Origin: Nitrospirota bacterium
GTDB lineage: Bacteria; Nitrospirota; JACRHJ01
Direction of reading: 5' to 3'
NCBI GenBank assembly: GCA_963845245.1
Contig: CAWJRJ010000016.1
Coordinates: 64,001-128,000 of the forward strand
DNA length: 64,000 nt
Position numbers and translations under genes: made by a program. The notes under the pieces were generated by a model. It ran no database searches and was not told the origin of the DNA. It saw only the letters and a program-made list of their open reading frames with translations. This document shows positions 20,087 through 32,888 of the stretch, in pieces. How positions within the stretch are numbered: position 1 is the stretch's first letter; each line of letters opens with the position of its first letter.

Positions 20087-21766
20087 TTATCCTTTAACGG
20101 TTCGTCGCATGCGGACCGCCCCGTACGGGAAAACAAGCGCCGCAAGCGTGAGGAGGCTTATGACCTTACCCCATCTCCTTGGCGGAGTATCCACGAACCC
20201 GAGTCGTACGAGATGGCTCCCTGCCGGTACGTTTAAAACTACAGCACCGGACTTGTCCTCCGGTGAAACGGCGGTCTCGCTTCCGTCTACCCACGCCTTC
20301 CAGCCGGGGAACCAGAAGGTCCTCACGCGGAGACTGGCTCCGCCGGGTGATTCGGCCAGGAACAACCTTTCCGTCGCGTCCCATTTTTTTATCCGTGACG
20401 TGAATCCATTGCCTGAAGACAGCAGCGACTGGTCCCGTTTGAGCCCGTCCAAGCCGCCCACAAACACCGCCTTGGGCAGGTATTCCGGGAAGTAGATGTT
20501 TGTGGCAACATTCGCGGCCTCCCGGCTGGTGAATGCGTATGAACGGGCGACAATCACTGCGTCATAGGCGATAAGCACTGCGAACACCACAGCTACAATG
20601 GCGGATAACCCCCTTGGTCTTCCTTGCCAGCCAAAGAACACTGAGAATGCAATCCCGAGCAGCGCCGAAACAAACAGGATGTTAACGGTTTCAAACCTGG
20701 ACGGGAACTGGACGGTTGCCAGGCCTGGGATAGCCATCCACAGGAATGCTGAAAGAGAGGACATCATGAAAAGGCAGACCAGCACAGCCCCGAGATAAAA
20801 ACCGGTTTCTCTATTCAACATCCCGGATGCGCGGCGCCATCCAAGGCGCAGGAGCAGGGCCAGCAGGACGGCTTCCGCTGCAACCGTGCCTGTCAATAAC
20901 GAGGAGAGTTTTGCTTTGTCCGCCGGGATGGGCCTTATTATGAAATCGAAAAGGAAGTAGTCCCCGTAGGCGAACCTTTTCATGAACTGGAGCTGGATGT
21001 TTCCTCCTTCAACAATGACGGGAAGGAAGAAGAATGCAGACAACAGTAGGCCCGCCGCTATCACGAGCGCGGCCTTAGTTACGGTACGCGCGTTCAACCT
21101 TGTGCCTGTGCCGAGAATGCCGTAAGCGAACAGGAACGGGGTGAATATGTAGGCCGTGGCCAGATGTGAGAGGACCAGCGCCGCATAGGAGAAAGACGCG
21201 GCTGCGAGGTTGAGGCGGCCGAACGGCTCCGCCATGTATCTCCTGGTGAAATAAAGAGACATGGGCATGAAGGCCTGCGCGAACCTGCCCGCAGGAGAGT
21301 TGACGGAGTACAGGTCCAGTATCCGCGTCGGGAGAAGCGTATAGAAGAGCGCGGCCGCGAGTGCGGCCTTTGTGCCGTGGTTCTCCTTCACCAGCAGGTA
21401 AAGGAATACGCCGCCGGTGCAAAGCCTAAGTAGCTCCAGGATTGTCTTTGCGGATACGATGTCTAACCCTGCCAGGTTTCCTAGCGCGGCAAGAAGATAA
21501 AGCAGTGGAGAATAAAAGACGAATATGGGAGAACCGTAGCCGTTGAAATCGTCAGGCATCCAGCGCGGCAGAATTATGCCCTGCCTGAAGGATTCCACGA
21601 ACTGGGGGACGTACTTGAACATGATGGCGGCATCGTCGTTGGAGGTCTGGTAGACCGCCGGGAACACGAACTGCCAGCCCATGACAAGCATTGCCGCCAG
21701 GACTATGAGGGCATAGTGGCGCGCGTCACCGGGAAATGGTTTTTTGTTGGGCCGGGTCTTTGGCAT
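20087..21766 (-). CDS. PTPS-related/YfhO-like membrane protein, paralog 4
   Basis: Same motifs; likely start MPKTRPNK (the ORF track extends to 21802). Confidence 0.82.
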   Translation of the reverse strand: MPKTRPNKKPFPGDARHYALIVLAAMLVMGWQFVFPAVYQTSNDDAAIMFKYVPQFVESFRQGIILPRWMPDDFNGYGSPIFVFYSPLLYLLAALGNLAGLDIVSAKTILELLRLCTGGVFLYLLVKENHGTKAALAAALFYTLLPTRILDLYSVNSPAGRFAQAFMPMSLYFTRRYMAEPFGRLNLAAASFSYAALVLSHLATAYIFTPFLFAYGILGTGTRLNARTVTKAALVIAAGLLLSAFFFLPVIVEGGNIQLQFMKRFAYGDYFLFDFIIRPIPADKAKLSSLLTGTVAAEAVLLALLLRLGWRRASGMLNRETGFYLGAVLVCLFMMSSLSAFLWMAIPGLATVQFPSRFETVNILFVSALLGIAFSVFFGWQGRPRGLSAIVAVVFAVLIAYDAVIVARSYAFTSREAANVATNIYFPEYLPKAVFVGGLDGLKRDQSLLSSGNGFTSRIKKWDATERLFLAESPGGASLRVRTFWFPGWKAWVDGSETAVSPEDKSGAVVLNVPAGSHLVRLGFVDTPPRRWGKVISLLTLAALVFPYGAVRMRRTVKG

Positions 21767-21896
21767 TGCTGTATATTGTACTTTAAAAAATGTCTCTGGC
21801 ACAATAAAATAAGTGTATTTTATTACGTGGGAAGCAGATGGGGGGTTACACTATAACTTCCTTGACCATGAGATATGTTTATGTTCTAATATCATT

Positions 21897-22319
21897 ATGG
21901 AATTACGGGTTGTAATAGAAAAAGACAATGATGCTTTTGTAGCGTACTGCCCTGAACTTCCGGGTTGCCAGAGCTTCGGGCATACCGAGGAAGAGGCAAG
22001 GAAGAACATAGAAGAAGCCGAGAAGCTCTACCTGCGCCCTTCCAGATCGCTCCCTGAAGACGCACGAGATAGTAGTATGAACCCCACGATACTCCGTTCA
22101 CCATACGATGAACTGATTGCAGTGCTAAAAAATGTTGGGTTTGAACTCATAGACCAGGAAGGGATCCATCAGAAATGGCGGCACTCCTATGGCGACATAC
22201 AGATAGTTATTCCCTACAGCAAGGTCGAAACCATACGCCCAAAACTCCTAAAGCAGATTCAGGCAACAGTTCAAGGATGGTGTTATTTGGGCAAATTGCC
22301 TATCCTTGGCAAAGTCTGA
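21897..22319 (+). CDS. In-frame HicB-HicA fusion with an aberrant C-terminus (possibly a pseudogene)
   Basis: MELRVVIEKDNDAFVAYCPELPGCQSFGHTEEEARKNIEEA continues without a stop into GFELIDQEGIHQKWRH; paralog of 7962-8387. Confidence 0.75.
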   Translation: MELRVVIEKDNDAFVAYCPELPGCQSFGHTEEEARKNIEEAEKLYLRPSRSLPEDARDSSMNPTILRSPYDELIAVLKNVGFELIDQEGIHQKWRHSYGDIQIVIPYSKVETIRPKLLKQIQATVQGWCYLGKLPILGKV

Positions 22320-22812
22320 TGATGTAATCCTCGTAACCAAAGATAAAGCTTTTTTTGATAAACGAGAATATAAGAATGGTCTGGCAGCCACACTTTTACA
22401 TGAAGCAAAATCTCAAGGATGCAATATCTCTATTTATAGTAGTCTTACTGAATTGATAAAGGATATCAAAAGTGATGTTCCCGTTAATGAAGAGAAGCTT
22501 TTAGATGCTATCCACAAAGAAACATACGAAAAATTAAAATCACTTGCTGACAGGAACGACTTTTACCTGAAAGATATAACCAGTAAGAAATTTGAATTAT
22601 ACGCAACTACAGATCCGAATGAAGTATCAGTGGTATTTTGTTTAAGGTATGATTTAGAAGATTACAAGCCTGACAGTAGAATAAATCCCTATGCAGAGAG
22701 CAGGGGTGAATTTGTATTAAATATTTCCACATATAATATAAAAAACTTCTTTAATAAGGGAGAGTTAAGCGTATTTTATTCATGGGAAGCTGGCGGGGGA
22801 GAAGGTCTCTAA
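22252..22812 (+). pseudogene. 5'-truncated PIN-like (DUF4935-type) gene fragment
   Basis: Frame opens at 22252 and reads QQFKDGVIWANCLSLAKSDDVILVTKDKAF; AT-rich; no RBS or ATG. Confidence 0.55.
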
Positions 22813-22903
22813 TGCACGTAAATTCTAATTTCATGTTGTGGCGTAACGCAAGCATTCATAAGTTGCTTTTTTCCCAGAAAAATCATAAAATATCTTCCTT
22901 TAA

Positions 22904-25592
<2,689 letters not shown>

Positions 25593-25625
25593 AGCCGAAA
25601 AGCCAACTCAAACGGAGGTGACAAA

Positions 25626-25937
25626 ATGGTCTACGATGTCGTGAGGAAGGCGCTTCTTGCAGGGCTTGGGATGCAGGAGAAGGTAAAGGAACTTGTAGAC
25701 GACCTTGTGAAAAAGGGCGAGCTGAACGACGCCGAAGGCGCGAAACTCATGAAGGAGTGGGTGTCGAAGGCGAAGACCTCGTCGCAGGATATATCGAGGG
25801 TGGTCTCGGAAAATATACACATGGGGCTCGACAAGGTGAACATCGCCACAAAGGATGACCTCGACGCCCTGAAGAAGAAGGTGCAGCAACTCTCGGTGCG
25901 GGTCAAGAAGCTTGAAAACGAGGCAGACGAAAAATAG
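25626..25937 (+). CDS. Phasin-family coiled-coil protein
   Basis: KALLAGLG...VDDLVKKGEL...NIATKDD; upstream of the UbiB-like kinase. Confidence 0.75.
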   Translation: MVYDVVRKALLAGLGMQEKVKELVDDLVKKGELNDAEGAKLMKEWVSKAKTSSQDISRVVSENIHMGLDKVNIATKDDLDALKKKVQQLSVRVKKLENEADEK

Positions 25938-25955
25938 GAAGCATTAAATAGATAA

Positions 25956-27653
25956 ATGCCCCTGACATCCCTGATACCCAAGAAGTACCGGAACATAGGC
26001 CGGATAAGCCACATAGTGGCGGTTTTCCTGGGCCACGGGTTCGGGCATTTCATAAGCGAGATGGGCCTCCACCGTTTCCTGCCTTTTGGAAAGCGCTGGA
26101 AAGCGGCCTATGTGCGCGACCACGAGCTGGACACAGTGCCCGTGAGGCTTCGACATGCCTTCGAGGAACTCGGACCCACGTTCATAAAGCTGGGCCAGGT
26201 CATATCAGGCCGTCCAGACCTGATTTCCGCCGAGCTTGCGGAAGAACTCCAGAAACTGCAGGACGAAGTCCCGCCATTTCCCTTCTATGACGCCAAAATG
26301 ATAATCGAGGCCGACCTCGGCGGCAGGCTGGAGGACATATTCGCAAGCTTTGACGAAGTCCCCGTCGCCGCCGCTTCGATTGCCCAGGTGCACCACGCTG
26401 TCCTGAAAGACGGGACCGAGGTCGCCGTGAAGGTGAGGCGGCCCGGGATTGAACGGGAACTGGAGCAGGACATCTACATACTCACTGCCGCCGCTCCCCT
26501 TTTGGAAAGACATTTCCCTGATTTTCGCATATACAACCCGACCGGCGTGGTCGATGAGTTTGCCCGTACCGTAAGAAAGGAAATAAATTTCGAAATAGAG
26601 CTGGACAATGCCGTCAGGTTCGGCGAGAACTTCAAAGACAGCGACACAATAAAAATACCTGAAGTCTATACCGTCTATTCGAGCCGACGGGTCATGACGA
26701 TGGAACGAATATCCGGCATACGCATCAACGAGCTTGGAAAGCTGAACGAGGCCGGGTTCGACAGGGTGGGACTGGCGTTAAACGGCGCGCGCGCGTTCTT
26801 CAAGCAGATATTCGAAGACGGATTTTTTCATGCCGACCCGCATGCGGGGAACATGTTCGTAATGGAGGACGGCAGGATCGGTCTGCTAGACTTCGGTATG
26901 GTCGGGCGGCTGTCCGAGGAGAACATGGAGGTGATAGCAGACACCTTCCTGGCCCTTGTGAACCGCGATTTCGACGGGCTTGTCCAGCAGTATATCAACC
27001 TTGGTTTCGTCTCCGAAGACATGGACCTGGACCGGTTCCGCAAAGAGTTCAAGCGCGACCTGGTCGACCTGATAGACCCGCTCTACGGCAAGGCGATCGG
27101 GCAGATAAGGGTGGGCGATTACCTGGGGCGCGTGACGGAGATAGCGTCGCAGCACGGCATGAGGTTCCCTAAGGAGCTTGTGCTGGTCAACAAGGCGCTT
27201 TTTACGATAGAGGGGATAGGGAGGCAGCTTGACCCCGAGTTGGACTTCCTTGAGGTGGCCAGGCCATATTCAATAAACCTTGCAAAAAAGAAGCTGTCGC
27301 CATCCAGATACCTTAAGAAGGCAAGGAAGAACCTGGAAGAACTATCAAACTTCACGGAGAGCCTGCCCCGCCATCTGCGGGTGATAATAGGCAAGATCAA
27401 ACGCGACGACATAAAGGTGAACATGGAGCTGATCCACCTGGAGCGGTTCATAAAGGAGTTCGACCGCTCGACGAACCGGGTGTCGTTCGCTCTGATAATC
27501 TCCGGCCTGACCATTGCCTCGTCCGTCATAATACATGCCAAGATGGGCAGGTACATGTTCGGCTACCCGGTCCTGGGCCTGACGGGCTATCTTATCGCCG
27601 GGGTACTCGGGTTGTGGCTTGTGTGGGGCATAATCCGCTCTGGCAGGCTGTGA
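25956..27653 (+). CDS. AarF/ABC1/UbiB family atypical kinase
   Basis: ELGPTFIKLGQ, AASIAQVH, VAVKV, FFHADPHAGN, LLDFGMVG. Confidence 0.93.
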   Translation: MPLTSLIPKKYRNIGRISHIVAVFLGHGFGHFISEMGLHRFLPFGKRWKAAYVRDHELDTVPVRLRHAFEELGPTFIKLGQVISGRPDLISAELAEELQKLQDEVPPFPFYDAKMIIEADLGGRLEDIFASFDEVPVAAASIAQVHHAVLKDGTEVAVKVRRPGIERELEQDIYILTAAAPLLERHFPDFRIYNPTGVVDEFARTVRKEINFEIELDNAVRFGENFKDSDTIKIPEVYTVYSSRRVMTMERISGIRINELGKLNEAGFDRVGLALNGARAFFKQIFEDGFFHADPHAGNMFVMEDGRIGLLDFGMVGRLSEENMEVIADTFLALVNRDFDGLVQQYINLGFVSEDMDLDRFRKEFKRDLVDLIDPLYGKAIGQIRVGDYLGRVTEIASQHGMRFPKELVLVNKALFTIEGIGRQLDPELDFLEVARPYSINLAKKKLSPSRYLKKARKNLEELSNFTESLPRHLRVIIGKIKRDDIKVNMELIHLERFIKEFDRSTNRVSFALIISGLTIASSVIIHAKMGRYMFGYPVLGLTGYLIAGVLGLWLVWGIIRSGRL

Positions 27654-28084
27654 TGGACAGGGTGCTGGGCCTTGACGTCGGCGACAAGACAATAGGCGTT
27701 GCGGTCTCGGACGGCCTGGGCATTACCGCGCAGGGCGTCACGACGATAAGAAGGCAGAGCTTCGACAAGGACTTCGCGGCACTTGAGAAGATAATAGAAG
27801 AATACGAAGCGGCCCGGATAGTTATCGGACTGCCGAAGATGATGGACGGCACCGAGGCGGTACAGTCAGGGAAGGTAAGGGAGTTCGCAGCAAAGATAGA
27901 GAAGAGGTTTGAATTGCCAATCACCTTTGTGGATGAAAGGCTCTCCACCGCACTCGTTCAGAAGATGATGATCGAAGGCGGCGTAAGGCGGGAGAAGCGC
28001 AGGGAAGTGGTGGACATGCTCGCTGCCCAGATAATCCTACAAAGCTATATCGACAGAAGACGGGCCAGACCGGGCCTGGATTAG
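27653..28084 (+). CDS. ruvX: Holliday junction resolvase-like RuvX/YqgF
   Basis: LGLDVGDKTIGVAVSD, VDERLST, VDMLAAQIILQSY. Confidence 0.93.
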   Translation: MDRVLGLDVGDKTIGVAVSDGLGITAQGVTTIRRQSFDKDFAALEKIIEEYEAARIVIGLPKMMDGTEAVQSGKVREFAAKIEKRFELPITFVDERLSTALVQKMMIEGGVRREKRREVVDMLAAQIILQSYIDRRRARPGLD

Positions 28085-28102
28085 CCTGCAAAGGAATTTT
28101 CA

Positions 28103-28880
28103 ATGCGTTCGTCTTTATTTCTGCGTTTTTATTTCCCCTGTTTTATTATATATCTGCTTTTCCCGTCGCTTTGCGCATACGCGCAGCCGGTTGTCGAGGC
28201 CAATGCAGCGCTTGCCAGTCTGGCGAAATACCGAAGCTCCAGGTGAGCACTGAATGTCTTAAGACAGGGCTGGAGTCGGTCGAGAGGACTGATCAATGGT
28301 TACGATGATGGGTCGGTGGACCCGGGGCCGGATGCGCTGGCGGCAACTGCCTATGCGGCGGACCTGGCCTATCAGGCGACAGGGAACCATCGATACCTTG
28401 ATTTTACCCGAAGGCTTGCCACCCGGCTGATAAATACCCTCGAATCCTCCAGCACTGGCCCATGCGAGGGACGCGCGATGGCAGTGGCGGTCTTGATGGA
28501 CCTTTACCATATAACGGGGTCGGAGGCATACAAGGAAAAGGCACTTAAAGGCTTGAAAGGGCTGCCGGACGACTCGCCTGCCGCGAGAAAATGCCGCGAG
28601 ACCGCCTACGAATTTATAGTCATCGGACCGACCGGAGAGTTCCGGGACGGAGGAATTGCTCAAAAAGTCGTTCATGTTCGAAGAACCGTGCAGGGTAGTG
28701 GTAGTCCTGGAACCGGCAAGGGACAAGGCCAGGCTGGATGAGCTTGGATATGAATACAAGGGGGACCCCGTTTTATATGTCTGCTCCGAGAAGGCCTGTT
28801 TCCCGCCTGTGGCCCCGGGGGAGGGCTTGAAGGGTATCGGCGAGTATATCAGGAAGGCCAGACAGGCGGAGAAGAGGTAA
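28103..28880 (+). CDS. Hypothetical protein, multiply frameshifted; C-terminus resembles the YyaL/SPATA20 tail
   Basis: ORFs 28316-28741 and 28656-28880; LYHITG...Y and LYVCSEKACFPPV. Confidence 0.45.
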
Positions 28881-28982
28881 ATGGCAGCATTTACGAGCTT
28901 TCAGCGCCCCGTCCATTGTTATTGATTTCAATCTGCCGCCCGTGTTATAGTAAACAGATAATTTTATTCAGGAGCAGATAAA

Positions 28983-30057
28983 ATGAAGATGGAATTTATC
29001 CCGAAATGGATCGCATGGGAGGTCACGAGGCGCTGCAACCTGAGCTGTGTGCATTGCAGGTCGGCCTCCGGCATGAACTCCTTCGATACCGCCTTTAATA
29101 CCGACGAGGCGAAGAAGCTGATCGACGACATCGCGTCGTTCTCCACCCCGGTCATAGTCCTCTCAGGCGGCGAGCCGCTGCTTCGGCAGGACCTGTTCGA
29201 GATAGCCACCTACGGCTCCGACAAGGGCCTGCGGATGTGCATCGCCACGAACGGCAGCCTGGTCACCGACGAGATCTGCGAGAAGATGAAGGCCGCACGC
29301 ATAAAGATGGTCTCGATGAGCCTGGACGGCGTCAAACGCCGCCACGCACGACAACTTCCGCGGCCAGCCGGGCGCGTTCGAGGGCGTCAAACGCGCGGCC
29401 GCGCTTTTCAACAAGCACGGCATCGAGTTCCTGATAAACTCCAGCTTCACAAAACGCAACCAGAAGGAAATACCCGACGTGATGAAGGTCGCCAAGGGGC
29501 TGGGCGCGAAGGCCTGGTACATGTTCATGATAGTGCCCACCGGCCGTGGCGAGGAGATAATGTCCGAGCTTATCAGCAAGGAGGACTACGAAGACCTCCT
29601 GAAGTGGCATTACGAGACCGAGAAGAACGAGACGGACATGCTGATGCGCCCGACCTGCGCGCCGCATTATTACCGCATAGTGCCGCAGATGAACAAGCTG
29701 GCCGAAGAGGGCGACAAACTGGAGAGAAGGACGCTGAAGTTCTCCACCGGCGGCTCGAAAGGCTGCCTCGCAGGACAGGTGATATGCCTCATCACGGCCG
29801 AGGGCGACGTGTTCCCGTGCAGCTACTTCCCGCATTCGGCGGGCAACGTGAAGCAGACGCCGTTCAAGGATATATGGGAGAAGTCCCAGCTATTCCAGGA
29901 CCTCAGGGACTTCAAGAAGTACAAGGGCAAGTGCGGCTCCTGCGAATACATAAACGTATGCGGCGGATGCCGCGCGCGCGCCGACGCGATATACGGCGAC
30001 TACCTCGAAGAAGAGCCGTTCTGCAATTACGTGCCATTGAAAATGCAAAAGAAGTAG
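28983..30057 (+). CDS. ahbD: Radical SAM/SPASM heme biosynthesis protein (AhbD/NirJ-like); frameshift near 29335
   Basis: [57 protein letters not shown]; adjacent to hemE. Confidence 0.8.
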
Positions 30058-30060
30058 ACC

Positions 30061-30155
30061 GTACTTTCTTTTCAGAAGAAAAGAAAGTACCAAAGAAAAA
30101 TCGTTATTTAAAGTCATAGAAGTTTTTGGTGTTACCTTTTTACAAAAAAGGTAAC
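30061..30155. repeat. Inverted pair of T-tailed palindromes (REP-like family B)
   Basis: GTACTTTCTTTTC-AGAA-GAAAAGAAAGTAC and GTTACCTTTTT-ACA-AAAAAGGTAAC. Confidence 0.65.
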
Positions 30156-30185
30156 GGTTTTTGTCTTTATCCCCTGGAGTTTTCC

Positions 30186-31224
30186 ATGACCACTGATTAC
30201 AGGTTTTTAAAGGCCTGCCGGAACGAGCCGGTCGACGTCACACCCGTATGGCTGATGCGCCAGGCGGGGCGGTACCTGTCCGAGTACAGGTCGGTGCGCT
30301 CAAAAGTCAGCTTCCTTGAGCTTTGCAAGTCACCGGAGCTGTGCACCGAGGTATCGATCCAGCCGATAGACATACTTGGGTGTGGACGCCGCGATAATGT
30401 TCTCGGATATCCTTGTCCCGATCGAGCCGATGGGCATGAAGCTGGACTTCAACCCCTCGCCGGTCTTCGAGAAGCCTATACGAAGCCAGGCGGACGTTGA
30501 CGCGCTTCGGGTGATAGACCCTGAGGCCGACGTGCCGTACGTCATGGAGACGATAAAGATGCTGAGGCGCGAGCTTGAGGGCCGCGTGCCGCTGATCGGG
30601 TTCTCCGGCGCGCCGTTCACGCTTGTCAGCTACATGGTGGAGGGCGGCGGCAGCAAGAGCTTCATGAAGCTGAAATCCATGATGTGGAACGCGCCGGAGG
30701 TATACAGGAACCTGATGGAGAAGGTCACCGAGACGGTGATAAGGTACCTGAAGGCGCAGACCGTTGCGGGCGCGCAGGCGCTCCAGATATTCGATACATG
30801 GGGCGGCATACTCTCGCCGGGCGATTATCTGAACTTCGTACTGCCATATACGATGCGCGTCATACAGGCGGTGAAGACGCCGGAAGTGCCAATAATAAAT
30901 TTCGTCGGCAACAGCCAGGGTATCATGCCCTTGGTGGCGCAGGCGGGCGGAGACGTCATAGGCGTGGACTGGCGCATAGACATGGCCGAGGCCAGGCGTC
31001 AGATCGGCAAGGACAAGGCGGTACAGGGCAACCTCGACCCGATTGCACTTCTTGCCCACCCCAAAGAGATAGACAAGCGCGTCAAGGAGATACTCATTTC
31101 CGCAGGCGATACCGGCCACATATTCAACCTCGGGCACGGCATAGTGCCGGAGACGCCGCCGGACCATGTAAAGGCACTCGTGGATTCTGTCCACACGCAC
31201 GGCGTGTCGCACAGGGTCAAGTAG
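30186..31224 (+). CDS. hemE: Uroporphyrinogen decarboxylase; frameshift near 30377
   Basis: [45 protein letters not shown]. Confidence 0.95.
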
Positions 31225-31252
31225 ACCTATCCGGCCGAGCCATCTTATTCAA

Positions 31253-31285
31253 AAGCCCATTGGGACAACCCGATGGGCTTGTTTC
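31253..31285 (+). terminator. Hairpin / probable terminator after hemE
   Basis: AAGCCCATTGGG-ACAA-CCCGATGGGCTT followed by GTTTC. Confidence 0.55.
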
Positions 31286-31317
31286 TTATATTTTGCAGGT
31301 TTTAAAGAGGAGAACGC

Positions 31318-31818
31318 GTGCAGGTTCGAAAGCAAGTATATGAACTGACCCCGGACGACCTGACGAGTTTCCCTGTCTGGGAGTTCTGCCTCGACGAAGA
31401 AGGTGTGGAAGGCCAGGACGAGGCGACCGTGCGGCCGTATGAGAAGCCAGGCCCGGTTGACCCTGCTTCAGGGATGTTCGCCGTAAAGGCGATATTCACC
31501 CTTGCCGACGGTACGGAATTCACAGGGTATCTGACCCCGCCTGAACAGGCCGACCGCGAGGACATAGGCATCATCCAGCCGATTATAGTGACCGACAAGG
31601 GCCAGCTTATGTTCTGGAACGGGCTATTGAAGCCGACCAAGGCAATCCTCGACGAGAACTACGGGTTGCTAGAGAAATCCGCTTCGGAGGTCTTCCCGGT
31701 CAGGTACCGTTCGGCTGTAGAGCTCGAAGGGGGGGCCGTTGAAGGTACTATAGGCGGTTTCCTCTATTGCAGGAAAAAGAAGTTGCGGCGGGATTATGTT
31801 GTTGAACTAGTAACATAG
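31318..31818 (+). CDS. Hypothetical protein
   Basis: 166 aa with GAGGAG RBS; PVWEFCLDEEG...DEATVRP. Confidence 0.6.
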   Translation: MQVRKQVYELTPDDLTSFPVWEFCLDEEGVEGQDEATVRPYEKPGPVDPASGMFAVKAIFTLADGTEFTGYLTPPEQADREDIGIIQPIIVTDKGQLMFWNGLLKPTKAILDENYGLLEKSASEVFPVRYRSAVELEGGAVEGTIGGFLYCRKKKLRRDYVVELVT

Positions 31819-31826
31819 TACACGTA

Positions 31827-32805
31827 ATGACTGCATATAACAAAAAACCGGTTGGCGTACTCCTTATGACCATGGGAGACCCGCCTTCACTTTCCGCTAT
31901 ATTCCCGTTTCTGGTGCGGCTGTTCTCAGACCCGTGCGATCATACACGCCCCGGCCCCGGTCCGTTATCCGCTCTCGATATATATATCCCTGAAGAAGCT
32001 CTCGTCCATCCGCTACAGGTATGGGCTGATCGGTGGCGGCTCGCCCATGAACCACACCACATTCATGCAGGCGGCGCTGCTTGAGAAGAAGCTTAACGAG
32101 GACGGCCATTTCAGGGTATACATAGCAAACCGCTACTCCAGGCCGTCGACGGCCGAGTCATACAGGCTGATGAAGAAGGACGGCATCAGAGAGATTGTCG
32201 CGCTCCCGCTCTACCCGCACTTCTCCTCTGCGATAACCGGTTCGAGCTTCAAGGCGCTTGAGGACCTCATGGCAAAGGACTCCGACCCGCCGCAGGTAAC
32301 ATGGATAAGGAGCATCTCCGCAGACCCGGGCTATGTGGCAGCATACGCGGCGAAGGTTATCGAGGCGCTCGATAGCTTCCCCCCTGAGGAGCGCAAGGAG
32401 GTGCATGTGCTGTTCTCCGCGCACTCGCTCCCGCACGACTTCATAAAGGCTGGCGACCCTTATATTGACGAGATACAGAAATCCCTTGAGTTGGTGCTGA
32501 AGGCCGTGCGGCCCGCACATTTCAGGCTTTGCTTCCAGAGCAAGGGCAGGGCCAGTATGGAGTGGCTGAAGCCGGAGACGGATGCGGTCATGCGCGAGCT
32601 TGCCGGTGAAGGCGTCGACAAGGTGGTGCTGGCGCCCATAAGCTTCGTCGCAGAGAACATCGAGACGCTGTACGACTGTGACATACTGTTTAAAAAACAC
32701 GCCGCCTCTCTGGGGATTACCAAGTTCGTCCGTGCAAAATGCATGGACGAGGACCCCGCCTTCATCGGCGCACTAGCTAAGATAGTGCTCAATAACCTCG
32801 GTTGA
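31827..32805 (+). CDS. hemH: Ferrochelatase; frameshifted in the 5' part
   Basis: GVLLMTMG.P, YGLIGGGSP, LPLYPHFS, FSAHSLP, GDPY, SFVAENIETL. Confidence 0.9.
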
Positions 32806-32888
32806 ATCTTCCTGTCCTTTAAGTTCAAAATCTCCGTAAATTCCTGAATCCTTTGTTATAATAGAATTATAAGGATAGGAGGCATTTT

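Noticed and set aside
25626..25937. PHA granule system
   Set aside because: No phaC/phaA/phaB nearby; a phasin-like gene before a UbiB-like kinase is a common pairing
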